Source of the DNA: Prorocentrum cordatum
Lineage: Eukaryota
Reading direction: 5' to 3'
NCBI GenBank assembly: GCA_963575745.1
Contig: CAUYUJ010000004.1
Coordinates: 558,001 to 622,000 of the forward strand
Length of the DNA: 64,000 nt
The notes under the pieces are model-generated. The model saw only the letters and a list, made by a program, of their open reading frames with translations, was not told the origin of the DNA and did not search any database. The position numbers were made by a program, and so were the translations under genes. Numbering within the stretch: the first letter of the stretch is position 1; the number at the start of each line of letters is the position of its first letter. Positions 13,640-24,894 of the stretch are shown piece after piece.

Positions 13640-13925
13640 CAGACAATCTCATGGTACGTCTGCGACCGCTCTCCATTCGATTTTGGAGGGCCATCAGTTG
13701 CTTACATTAAGCAAAAAAAGTTTGGTGTGTATTCTTTTTCTTGTACCAATAATCCTTCCACGCGTACTGCATATTCTGTTGCGGAAGAGACTTTTGGAGG
13801 TGGCATTTGGGCAACTGCGGAGATCATTTTGTATGCGAAGCCTATATGCATCAAGGGCTCGCCCGATCAGTTTGTCAGTGAACCATCCCAGATGGTGTTA
13901 TACGAACTTCGCCTCTACCATTGGA
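13640..13925 (+). pseudogene. PARP-like ADP-ribosyltransferase-fold domain
   Basis: SHGTSATALHSILEG, then a frameshift in the A-run at ~13713-13719, then FGVYSFS...RTAYS...WATAEIILY...DQFV. Spacing matches the HGT...GxY...Y pattern of H-Y-E clade ARTs. Confidence 0.5.
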
Positions 13926-16599
13926 CTCCTGCAGCACTTCATGTCACCCCAGCTTATGCCTTCTTGCAACATGTCGCTCGACAAAACGGATGGCCCTTGG
14001 AGCAAGACTTCGGGGTCGAGCGGCATCGCGACAAGGAGAGAGAGGCTGCCGCGGACCAAGTCCGAAAGGCACAGAGCCAGTGGGTCCCAAATTTAGGGCC
14101 CATTCTTTGGCAGAAGGATCGAATCCCCTACCATGAGCATCGTAGCGAGGTTGATGACATTTGGCCATGGCTCCAGGATAAAGGAGCCAGACCCCCTAAG
14201 ATCAATCCGTTACACAAAGACGAGGCCTCGGAAGCATCCAAGGCGCTTGTCCTGGCCAACAGGGAGAGCGAAGAGGAGGCCAAAGCCAAGTCGTCAACGG
14301 GTGTTCAGGTGCAGGCGCCGGCGGCAAAGCCGTCGGATGCGTCTTTTTCGCTAGATACCGAGAACTTCCCACCTGTGGGGCAGCCTGTGTTCCAGGTCGA
14401 GAGAGCGCCCCAGTCTCCGCCCGGCAAAGCCGTGGCGGAGGCGGTGCCTCCTCCTCCCAAAGCAGATGCAATTGCGAATGCACCTGTGCCTCCTCCCCCG
14501 CCGAGGGAGGCGCCGTCATCGGATAGGACAGCGGATGACGCGCCGAAAAAGCTTCCGCCACCATATAATAAGACGACGGCGCCGCCCCCGGCCAAGTCGC
14601 CGAACGTTGCACCGATGAAGGATTCACTTCCACGTAGGCCGGAGGACGATTTGCCGAAGAAGTTCCCGCCCCCATTTCATCCGAGCCCAGATGCACGAGC
14701 GCCGAAGCCTCCACCGGCTAAGGTGGCTCGCCTCGACACTGGAGCTGACTACCCTTCCGTTCGCCCGGCCGGCAGCGAGATCACTGGGGAGAGAACGTCG
14801 GCGAAGCCCGCTGATGCTGCACCCAAGGCTGCGCAGCCACCGGCCAAGCTGGCGGGCTTAGAGACGGCGAAAGGCCAGCCCCAGGCTTGGCCTGCGCCTC
14901 CAGGTACGCCGACTTGGTCACCAAGCCTCTGCGCGCCTGAGCTCCCCCCCCGGGCCAAGAGGTGGAACATTGAGCGTTCGCCGCGCTCTGGCCGCGGACT
15001 CCAGCAAGCTGATGCCGCGCCCAAGGCGGCACCGCAGCAACAGCATTTTAAAGCTTATCCGGGGCCTTCCCAGCCTGCCCAAGGCGGCACTGGGATGGGC
15101 CCGGCTGCGCGGGCCGAGAGGTCCGTCGCAAAGGCTGTGGCAACTGAGACAGAAGCCAAGACTGCCTAGGACCTAGGATGTGGGCTCTGATTGCCCCGGA
15201 GGCAATGACAGGCCGGACACTCTTGCGGCGTCTCTCCCGAATCAGACGGACGGAGATCCCTCGTCAGAGGAGCCCTTGTCCCCAGAGGGAGAAGACGCTG
15301 CATCCAATATCGTCCGAGTCATCAAATGCATCTCACATCGCCACTTCGAAGGCGCGCAAGCACGTAACGCGCTCAAGAACGAGCGCGATTTCTTCCTTCA
15401 ATGGCATCGTGCAAATGCTGCTCAGCCGACAGTTACCGAGGATCCTGATAATTCGCAAAGAGGAGACACGAGCTGGCTGAGAGAAAGGGGAAACACGAGC
15501 CAGGAAAGGATTCAGATTCTTGGAAGAAGTTTGCAGCCACTGTTGTAGAACAGATCCAGAGTGCAACACCAGATTTCCTTCCTATTCCTGTGATCGCCGC
15601 CAAGAGCAAGCGTTCACAGCCTCGCATTGAAGGCGAAACTGTTGCAAGTGGAAACAGGCTGCCCACTCCCCCTGCGCCGCCGTCCGGCCCAGCCGTGACG
15701 GCGAGCGCACTTAAGCCTCCGCCTGGCCCAGCCAGAGCGGAGGCCACGCCGACGCAGGGAGACCAGATGATAGTCGATTCAGGCGTTGCTGCTGCTTCAC
15801 ACGCTGCGCTTCATGAGGTTGCCGAATCGTCCCCTACCAAAGATGTTCCGAGCTCTTCTGATGAGGAGGCTGCGCCCGCTGCAGAGGCACCGCCACCAGC
15901 CGTCGCTTCGAGTGGACAGAACGCGGCGGAGCCTTCCTCTGCGGACAGAACCCGGGTGTCCCAGACACACCGGGGTCCCTTGAGGCCAGCCCAGATCTTG
16001 CCCAACTCAATGACTTCCCGTGCCCAGGGGATCCTGAACTTATCCACCTTGAGGAGGAACATTATCGATCTGGCCCAGCCTCTGCCAACTTTTTCTGCAG
16101 AGCAAGGCTGCCGCCTTCCCCCGATAAGCGGCAGCATAAACCGACGGACGGTTCGCCCCGAGAGGGCGATCAGGAGACTAATGTCGGGCATGCTTACCAT
16201 GCCAGGGGCAAAGAGCTTTATCTTTCGCTGGAAGACCGCACTCGAATTATTAACCATGCGCCCATCGATCTGACGCGGAGGGTTCGAGAGGCCCACACTA
16301 CCGGTCCTGCCCCCTCGGGTAGAGGCCCTTCGCAATCAGACGCTTGGCACGCTCAAACACATTGCGGAGCTCGTTGAAGATCCCATATTTGCATTATTGG
16401 GCGAGCTTTCCGTAGACGTGGGCACTTTTGAGCAGGTGCGAGATTTTCTCCGTGCTGAATTTCATTCTGATGATGTTCCCAGCGGATTTGATCCTCAGTC
16501 GTTTAAGGCCTTGACCCCATTGGTTGTGGGGGTCACTGACCGTGAGAATCCGGCGGCCCTAGGCTGCACGGAATTTCGGCGACCCCAAAGTTGTCGAGT

Positions 16600-17480
16600 A
16601 GATGGGTTTGCCGAGCGGATTTGTGATTTCGCGACGTATCTCGCGAGACATTGTTCTGATTATGCGAGGTCCTCGGGAGGCTGGGTCTATTTTGGAGACC
16701 TGGTCGAGAAGATGGACGAGGATGTTTTTCAATGCCAAACATGCGCACTTGCTGCACACGGCCTAGCCGCGCTGCAGCCGGGGACCGTGGAAGTCCGTGG
16801 TGCGCTCCCTGAAGGCGCTGCCCATATCAGGGAGACGGTCGTTCACAAACGGTGGCGTGACTGCAAAGCCTGGCCCCCTCAAGGGGACGAGCGGGCTAAA
16901 TGCCCCATTCCTGTTTTCTATCGAGCGTGCCAGGGACATTCCACGCTTGTTGCTTCAATTGAGAGGATGTATGTGCCCTATGGCCCTGGCCTAGCCAGGT
17001 GTCATGGGCCCCTCCTCCATATCACTGACATGGGGACGTTGGTGGAATCCGTGGTCGGAGAAGTTCAGTTCCCAAAAAGCGCCCCAGGGCTTTGCCTCGA
17101 GGCGGACTACGAATTGTTGAGGCTTCTTCGGACCAAGAAGGATCCGAGCATGCAAAGTTCAGACCATTTTCCCTCTTGGCTAAGCCAGCGAAAGGATGGA
17201 GAGCTTGCTCCTGTGAAGAAGCACCATGCCATGGGCAAAGACCTACAGCCGGGAGAGCCTCCATCGATTGGAGCATGGCCCGCAGTGGGCACAGTCCGTC
17301 TGTGGGACCAGCTTCCAACTCACCGAGACTCCTGGCCATTAGTTCTTGTTTTCAATGGCCGTGTGCTCACCCGCTTTTCGTACCGGGTCTGCCAAGACGG
17401 GACTCTCGTGTCCCGTGAGGTGCCGAGGTTCACTGACATCGACAAAGCCGCCATTCTTGCCAAAGTCAGCGACTGGTGGG
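16600..17480 (+). CDS. Tpt1/KptA (NAD-dependent RNA 2'-phosphotransferase)-like domain within ORF 16397-17536
   Basis: FATYLARH...GGWVYFGDLV, FYRACQGHS, LLHITD..L..SV and LVLVFNG...YRVCQDGTLVSREVP correspond in order to the KptA motifs LRH, GW, IRAxQGHS, LYHGT and S/ENGVWL. Confidence 0.7.
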
Positions 17481-20232
17481 AACAAGACGAAAAGCGAATG
17501 TCGTGGTCAATTGTCTTTAATCAGGAGTGGACTTAATATGAGGTAAATGTTGATAATGCCTCGATGTTCGGTTGGATTTACACCGACGAGACTTTGACGT
17601 TGCTCCCAGAATATAGGCATACGTTGCCTGGTAGGGCAGACGCATTCATTCAGTTTGTTCCCTGGGAGGACGACGGTCGGTTCCTCTGTGCTGGATTGCA
17701 CTGGGTGCGACCTGGTTTTGGCCGTTGCCCCTCTTGTAATAAAACAGTAAAGTAGAAGTACATGGTTGCCCATGATTATTTGCTTCAGTCACTCAGACAC
17801 AGGATCATTCGAGACTCGCTGTGGAACAATGGCATTGTGTTGCATGTTGTTGATCATGAGACGCTGCCTTGGGCGCATGATCGCTACGTTGGTGAGCGAC
17901 TACAACGACAACGGAGAGCTGCGGCAGACGTACTGACGAACATAAGCAACAATCTGAAGATGGAGCGCAAATGGGCAACACATAATCAGCACCTTATCTT
18001 GGCTGCTTCAGGTCAAACCTTTGGAAACAGCCGCCCGGGTATTGCTCCTGCCTGGGTTTCCGAGCACGTCGCTGCCCAGCCGCCGGCGCGCCGCGGCCCT
18101 TTCTTTCAGCATCTTGAACCTCTGAAGAGGAGGTTCATAACATGGCTTGCACATTTGGCTGCGAGAGAAGGGATTCAGGCCCCACCGCTCTCCGAGCGGT
18201 GGCCTCTGCTTTGGGCAACAGAAATTGATCAGCATGCGCGTCCCTTGTCTTGTCCCGCTCTGGCTGCCTTCGAATGGCCAGAAGCATCTGACTCGTACAT
18301 CGAACCCATTGAAGGTTGGATTGAATGGGAACACAGCATGCAGGTGACGAACACTTTTGCGCCAACTCTTCGGACGTTGCGCGACGCAAAAACGGGAGCA
18401 GCACCCTGGCTGCCCGTTGCCCAGGGCACCGCTATGGACGCCACAGGGCCCAGCCTTCGTGGACGTCCACCGGTTGCTTGGGCAGATGATTTTGTGGCAC
18501 GTCCTCCTCGTGCTTCCCAGTTCGTCAGCAGGCGCAACGAAATGCGTTCTAAACGCCCTCTCAGTTCGGTGAAACCTGCCGCCGGTCAAACCGCGACGAC
18601 AGGTGATGAGAGAAACGTAGATATGACCCTTGATTTCACCGCTGTCTGCGGGTCCCAGACCCAGCAGATGCTCGACGGGAGGATCGATTTCGATCGGGCC
18701 AATGGACTAGTGTACTCTCGCCGCGATGACAAATCGTTGAGCATCACGTTGACCAAGAATGGAGCTCTTGATGTGGCGGCTCAATATGTCATGGAATACA
18801 TCTGCTATCGCCCGGACACGAACGAGACTGAGAGGTTACGACTGACGGGTGAAGTAACGCATGATGTTCCGGAAGACGTGCGGCAGACCATTGAATGGAT
18901 GTGGAGAGTTAGACCTTGAGCTGGGTCTCCGCATCATTCGCGAGATTGCAGTTGTCCGTGAGTTCATTAGTTGTTTCATTGATGGGGGATTTTATATTGC
19001 ATACAATTCGGCAAATTTTCTTGCCCGCGGCACAGGCGTTGGGTGCGATGATGACAAGCGTCTGACGGATGCATGCGCGCTTGATTGCGGCATTCGGGCG
19101 GCGATCGAGACAGATGACCTTATCGAAGAATGGGCCCATGATTTGGGCAGACAGGGTCGTGCATATATCCGTCGTCAGGGCATGAAGCTGCAAGGGGCTA
19201 TCCACTGCTTATATCCAGACGTGGAAGCAACTCAGCTCCAAGATGCAGATGAAGGCCCCTTTCGCACTGCCCGTGGTATTTGTGGTACTTTTATCGCTGC
19301 CGCCGCAAGGGGTATTATCAGATATGCTAAACTGCAGCAAGAGACGAGTGTTCGTGAAAGGGGAGACGCTGATGGGCCCTCCGACGGCCAAGCCGTTACG
19401 GAAGGGATTCCTCCGGCGAAAGCGAGGCCCAGCCCAGCTGTTCGCCCCGATCCGCCCCTTTCCCCTCGTAGACCCGACGTCCAAGACGATCGGGCCAACG
19501 ATGACGTCGCTGAGTCCCCATGCTCTGCCGTCGGTCAAACCGGCGCGGCAGGAGAAGAGTATTCGTGGTATTCTTCGGATAGGGACACATGGGATTGGTC
19601 GAGGCCCGCGCGCGCGCGGCGGGGACATGGCTGCTGGGCGCGCGGATGGCGGCTACAACCCCAACGTCCACTAGCCGTGCTACACGGGCGACGAGTTGCA
19701 GGGATATTGGATCCGTCAGACCGCAATTCGCTGGATGTCCCGCGAGGACAACGAGCGTCGGACGCGGCATTTGGCGCTTCCCAGTGACTACGAGTACCAC
19801 TTTCGGAGACCGAAAGGCAAGGGATACTCCAGGAACAAGGACAAGGACAAGTACGACAGGCCAGCTCCCTATGCTGGCCGTGGTAAGGGAGGCAGGTCAG
19901 CCTCGCCTTATTGGGCTGCTGACCAGACGAGAGGTTCGTCATCTTCGCATCCGAGACCTCCGTCTCCGCCTTCGGGGCGATACCCATAGCACAAGAGGTG
20001 AGAACAGGCAAGGACCGTGCGACAAAGTCGCCACGGCAGCGCCCGAGCGACAAAGTCGTTTCGGCAGAGAGTTTTTATTTAACTATTGGTGGGATTCGTC
20101 GGGTCTCTCCGGCCCTCAGCCCCCTGGCAGCCACCGTTGAGCGGTAAAGTGCTTTTGGGGTTCGCTCCGGTGGCTGTATATATGTGCAGGCCAGGCGGGC
20201 TGTGGCTGGTTGGACTCTACAAAACCCGCCGC

Positions 20233-20432
20233 GGGGGGGGTAAATGTGCCCCTCTCCGCCTCATTCTGCACCTGCCTCTTCTGCTGCCTGCCTTGCCCTA
20301 CCTTGACACTGATCTGCAGCTGTTTGCTGCTCAAGCGAGAAAGATGCGCGCCGGCCTTCGGCCTGCGCCCGTCGTCGGTCGTCGGCCGGCCGGACCTCCT
20401 CCCTTCCTATACTTGAGTGCAGTTGCTTAACG
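20233..20432 (+). repeat. Putative polypurine tract (G8) and short 3' LTR
   Basis: Shares GT.AA..GCCCCT..CCGC at the start and CGTCGGCCGGC...CCTC.TCCC..CTAT..TTGAGTG...TGCTT.ACG at the end with 35056-35268. Its end GCTTAAC is the reverse complement of the GTTAAGC start of the second copy. Confidence 0.55.
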
Positions 20433-20479
20433 GATAGGTTCATCGATGTCTCATCCTGCATCCCCTACCACTGAGCAGA

Positions 20480-21021
20480 CACCTCCCCTAGCAGACCCTT
20501 CTCGGAAGCCCGCAAAAAAATCATAGTAGTACCAAGGCGGTCTTCCATCGAAGTCGCAGCCGAAGGCGCGGACCCAGTCAGGACAAGCCGAGCAGCGACT
20601 TCCCGCATAGCGTCCTTCAGGAAGCCAAGGTGTTCGATGTTCGTAGCATTGGGGCTGTCCTTGATCTTGCCGTAATAGTTGAGGGCGACCTGTCGGGGAA
20701 AATCCGGATGTTGTATCGCCAGCTCCGGGAGCGGCCTCTCCCCTTCGCTAACCCTCTGAGGGGCTTGACGTGCAAAGAAGACCGCCCGATGGGCAGACAG
20801 CCCTGGCTTCCACTCGAGTGCCGAGGCTTGCATGTGCCTGTCTAGCTGCTCCGCGGTGCGCTGGTTACAATAAATTATATCCAAGCGGGGCCGCGCGGAG
20901 GCTGAGGCATGAGAGAGATCAGGCTGGCACATGTCATGCAACTCAAAGGGGCGACCAATGACCTGCTGAAAATGTCGCTCTCCCGCTGCATGCCGGCGGC
21001 CTGAAGTACTGGAAGTGCCAA
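20480..21021 (-). pseudogene. Inverted LINE ORF2 segment: APE endonuclease C-terminus and linker
   Basis: RPRLDIIYCN...LSAHRAVFF (RLDxxY and SDH-like motifs). The segment ends ...GLLGEVSA, which continues into the forward ORF start VSACITRC. Confidence 0.8.
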
Positions 21022-23634
21022 GTGTCCGCGTGCATTACGCGATGCCCGTATTCGAAAGAGCTCGTCGCCAACCCGTACGACGTCGAGGGGAACCCCGCGA
21101 TCCGGCTCCGGAAGGTGAAGGACCACGCTCTGGATCTTGCCCGTGACCATGCCCTCGACGAGCCCGGCAAGGCGAACGAGAACCTCCACGAGAGCGACCG
21201 CGCTCGGGCCGTCCATCGCCGTCAGAAGTACACGCGACTCCTTTTCAAATTGGCGCCAGGCCCGTCTGGCTCCGCAAGTGCTGTTATGAACAGCCGTGGG
21301 GAGGTCTTGATTGACAGCGGCCGCATGGCCACGGAGCTCGGGAAGCATTGGGAGGACGTCCTCAAGGCCCGGGGAGTCGACGCAACTCTGCTGAATCAGC
21401 GGATTGAAGATGAAATTGCCCTCCGACCTGCCTCCGACCTCCTCCCTTTCCCGGCAGAGGAGTTCCGGCTCCGCCGCCGACGTATCAGATTAGCGATTCG
21501 TTTGTCGAACAAGTCGTCGCCGGGCCCCGACGGCACCCCATTCTCAGCATGGCGCCGTCTGGATATATTTGCCGTCGACGTTCTGCCCGACGCTTTCACA
21601 GATATGGTATCAGAGGACGGGGCTGCCCAGATGGCGGAATTATGCGGGGATTTCACTTGTAGTTTGTTGCATTGCCTTCCCAAGAAAGTGGCTGGATCTC
21701 TGGGGGACGGCACGAGTTATTACAAGGTGGACTCGGTCAGGCCACTAAACGTCACAAATGCTGATAATCGGGTATTGGCGAGTGCCGTCCGCCTCCTCAT
21801 CGAGTCCTGGCTGGCCCCCCGCATCTCGCCCTCCCAGCGCGGTTTCATCACCGGTCGGTCTATACTCGCGAACTTGGTGGACATCGACGAAGCCATGGCC
21901 ACCGCTCTCCTAGAGGGCGACTCGGCTTCCGCTTCATTATTCGACTTCGCCGCCGCCTTCCCCTCGGTGGAGCAGGAGATGATGCACGAGCTCTTCGAGT
22001 CGCTCGGGTGGCCGGCGTGGCTCCTCCGCTTTATCCGCATTCTGCACCAGAACAATTGGCGCCACATCGCGTTGGGGGGATCTCGCCACGCAGGCTTTTC
22101 ACTGACGCGGGGAATGCGCCAAGGGTGTCCTTTGTCACCCCTGCTATTCGCCGTTGCTTCCGACTTTCTTCTCTGGCGGTTGGAAAGATTGTTCCCGCGG
22201 GCGTGCGCGAGGGCTTGCGCAGACGACCTTGCCATGGTGCTCCGTGGATTCGCGATGCACATCAGGGCCCCCCAGGAGTTGTTCTCCGAATATGGGCGAC
22301 TTTCTGGCTTATGTTTGAGCTTGCAGAAGACGGTGATGGTCCCGTTGTTCTCTGCCCAGACTTCAGAGCTGCGTGCCCAGCTCGCTGCGGAGGCGCTGGC
22401 TTGGGGGTGTTTGGCTATCGACAGCAAGGCCAAGTACCTCGGGATGGTCATCGGCCCCGCCTGTGGGACATCATCTTGGCTTGGACCTCTTCGCAAGTAC
22501 TTTGAACGTGCCCAGCTTTGGGGGCGATTGGGCATCGGGTTCTTCCTCGCGCTGCATGCTTATGGTATATTCGTGGCTCCTGTCTTGTCGTTCGTGGGTC
22601 AACTTGCTGAACTCCCCGAAGAGTTCGTGGCTGTCGAGCAGCGGGCGTGCAGGGCGCTCTTCCGAGGTCCGAATGGATGGATCACGCCAGGCTGTTTGAC
22701 GCACCTGAAAGATTTTGCATTTCCTACCGAACCGGTCGACGTGCCATCCCGCTGTTTGGCGGCCCGGGCGCGGGCGTTTCGTCGCGAAGACTCTGCCCAT
22801 GGAGGTCTGCGGGTGCGGGGGCGCGCCAGAAGAGCTCCCCGAGCAAACCTCAACCAAAGTGCCAATGAGGTCAAGGCGCGGGAACACAGGACGTGGTTCG
22901 CGCCCAACTTCCTCTTCCAGCTCGAGGCCGCTGCAGACCAGCTCCGGCATTCTGAGGGCCTCCAAAACTGTTCGACTTCGCTGCTAGGCGCAGATGGTTC
23001 CGAGTCGCAGCTTCCGGAGGGCTGGCAAGAACGCGCAGCAGCAGTGTTGCGCGTTCGCCAACCGCGCGCTTTTCACCACCTCCGGAGAAAGTTGGACAAG
23101 TGGCAGTTGCCTATTCTGCCCAGGCACAGGCCTGGCCGATTTCTCAGTTCAATGCAGTCTCTGTCTGGCGTAGTGCCGCCGCGGGTTCAAGCGGCTGTTT
23201 TGCGGCATGCTTTCAACGGTTGGACGACCGCAAGGCGTTTTCAAGGCCGAGGCGGCTGCATCTTCGGATGCGCACGGGGCGAAGATAGCATCCAGCACTA
23301 CGCATTCTGTGCCTCATTCCACCCCTGTTGCTCGCAGCACGCCGGGCTGCAAACGCCGCCCGTCGAATGTAGGTTGAGCGATTTTCTGCGCGTGAGCCCA
23401 CGCACGAATGCATTGCCTGCGCACCTCCGCTCGGAGGGGGCCAGGGTGAACGCCGCAGCACTTCGTGCCATATGTGTGTACGCTTTGTACAGACTCCATG
23501 GCAGCGTCACACACGGTTCGTTAAGCCGGGCTGAAGCTCGAGAGGCGTTTGGGACTTTTGTGCGCGAGGGTGTCCGCGGCTGCCCGCGCGCCACGTCGCT
23601 AGTGTTCGGCGCCAGCGCACGCTTCAGGACCTAA
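21022..23634 (+). CDS. Non-LTR retrotransposon reverse transcriptase with C-terminal CCHC motif
   Basis: SSPGPDG, VRPLNV, SQRGFI, FDFAAAFPSV, GMRQGCPLSPLLF, CADD (YADD variant), KYLG and CIFGC...EDSIQHYAFC. Confidence 0.92.
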   Translation: MSACITRCPYSKELVANPYDVEGNPAIRLRKVKDHALDLARDHALDEPGKANENLHESDRARAVHRRQKYTRLLFKLAPGPSGSASAVMNSRGEVLIDSGRMATELGKHWEDVLKARGVDATLLNQRIEDEIALRPASDLLPFPAEEFRLRRRRIRLAIRLSNKSSPGPDGTPFSAWRRLDIFAVDVLPDAFTDMVSEDGAAQMAELCGDFTCSLLHCLPKKVAGSLGDGTSYYKVDSVRPLNVTNADNRVLASAVRLLIESWLAPRISPSQRGFITGRSILANLVDIDEAMATALLEGDSASASLFDFAAAFPSVEQEMMHELFESLGWPAWLLRFIRILHQNNWRHIALGGSRHAGFSLTRGMRQGCPLSPLLFAVASDFLLWRLERLFPRACARACADDLAMVLRGFAMHIRAPQELFSEYGRLSGLCLSLQKTVMVPLFSAQTSELRAQLAAEALAWGCLAIDSKAKYLGMVIGPACGTSSWLGPLRKYFERAQLWGRLGIGFFLALHAYGIFVAPVLSFVGQLAELPEEFVAVEQRACRALFRGPNGWITPGCLTHLKDFAFPTEPVDVPSRCLAARARAFRREDSAHGGLRVRGRARRAPRANLNQSANEVKAREHRTWFAPNFLFQLEAAADQLRHSEGLQNCSTSLLGADGSESQLPEGWQERAAAVLRVRQPRAFHHLRRKLDKWQLPILPRHRPGRFLSSMQSLSGVVPPRVQAAVLRHAFNGWTTARRFQGRGGCIFGCARGEDSIQHYAFCASFHPCCSQHAGLQTPPVECRLSDFLRVSPRTNALPAHLRSEGARVNAAALRAICVYALYRLHGSVTHGSLSRAEAREAFGTFVREGVRGCPRATSLVFGASARFRT

Positions 23635-24894
23635 TTGTTCTCGCTCTTCTCCCCTCCCCTCCACTCGTCCGCTTTTTTCCCCTTCTCCCTCCTTGTGCGG
23701 TTTTTGCGGCATGTTGTCCAGTTCTCCTCAGGCCTGTCGGCGGCACTGTCTGTTTTCCTACGTTCATGCGCCAAGCTGCGCACTCGTCGTCTTGAAATGC
23801 CGTGGGCGGTGTTTTAATCGTATGCTCGTGTTCTTTCGTGCCACGGTGAATGTATTGCCAGGCCGTCGAGGCTGTTCAATACGTTCTGTCCAACAACAGC
23901 TTGGCAGGCAAGGGTTGATACGTTTTAGGGTTAATTCGCATCCTTCGCCGTTTGGAACACATCAAGTTTATATACCGATTTTGGATGTACCGGCCTATCC
24001 TCGCTTTGAGGCCGGTCCCCGTAGCTGCTCCTTCCTCTCCTCGTCTCCTTCCCCATCCCGGCACCGAAATTCGTGGCATTTTCGTTGCGCCTTGGTCTGG
24101 GGTGCGATTTATTGTTTCCGGGTTCTCATTTTACTTGCTTTGCTGGAGTGAGTTCGTTATGGCCCCCTGGCAAGGTCGGCGGATTGCTCGTGTTCCGGCG
24201 TGCTCCGTTCCAGCTGCCGCTGAGGGCTGACAGATATTGGAGTTCCTCTGCAGTGGAGATTGGCTGATGCGTTTTTTTTTTCTCAAAAAAAAACAAAACA
24301 AAAAAATCCTCTACCACTGAGCAGAGTCAACATGAGACTTTAGTCCCTTTGGCATCTTACCCCGATTCTCAGAGGAAAGATTAGAGAGCGCGGTCTTGAT
24401 ATGCGCGCGATGTTGGGCCAATTCCTTGGCCCCTGTGGGGGGCTCTACCCAGCACTCGTGTGCCTTGGCCGTCTCGGGCGAGGCGGGGAGGAAGGACAAT
24501 GTAGAAAACAGGGTCCCTGCTTCCGATGTAACACCTCCTGGCTGAACAGCTGTCGTGGGTGACCTGGTCGGCGGCTCCTCCTGGCTCCCTGGAGGCTCAG
24601 CGCGTTGGGCGAGTGGCTGCGTCTCGGTCCCTTTGGCCTGAGCGGCGAGTCGGCTGCTGTGAATGTCCGCCACGAAGTCGCGACCCCCGTTGAGGAGGAA
24701 AACGCCAGTGGCAGAGTTGCGATGATGGCCAGTTGGATGTACCACGTTGCGTACAACGCCAGTTGGCAGCATTTGGTGGTGCTGACTGGCGCCCGTTGGA
24801 TTCGGCGTCGGTTGCCCATGGTAGCGTCTTGGGCATCGAACTGTGGTGCGCGTCGAGAAGAGTTCGAACTGTGGTGCGCGTCGAGGATGAGGGA

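Larger units (their letters stand above)
9607..19989 (+). pseudogene. ~3,400-codon decayed multidomain cargo ORF inside the copia element
   Basis: Chain of abutting + strand ORFs (9607, 10339, 12326, 12815, 13131, 13608, 13727, 15180, 15590, 16397, 17564, 17762, 18861, 19696), many in the same frame across in-frame stops. Globular segments alternate with Pro/Ala/Gly-rich linkers. Confidence 0.7.
1..20432 (+). mobile_element. Giant degenerate Ty1/copia LTR retrotransposon with ~12 kb of extra coding cargo (5' end lies outside the window)
   Basis: Domain order gag-PR-IN-RT-RH (copia order) on the + strand, broken by stops and frameshifts. Near-contiguous + strand ORFs continue to 19989, then a G8 tract (20233-20240) and a ~190-bp LTR-like segment similar to the one preceding the related gag at 35056. 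The copia identity is firm; the right boundary is inferred. Confidence 0.75.
20460..24325 (+). mobile_element. 5'-truncated, 5'-inverted LINE with poly(A) tail and 20-bp TSD
   Basis: TSD ATCC(C/T)CTACCACTGAGCAGA at 20460-20479 and 24306-24325. A-rich tail at ~24285-24306, RT ORF at 21022-23634, inverted upstream segment at 20480-21021. Confidence 0.9.

Noticed and set aside
20447..24340. Structured RNA or ribozyme at the reconstructed empty LINE site (GTCTCAT...ATGAGAC)
   Set aside because: Only a 7-bp stem, and no recognisable catalytic core.
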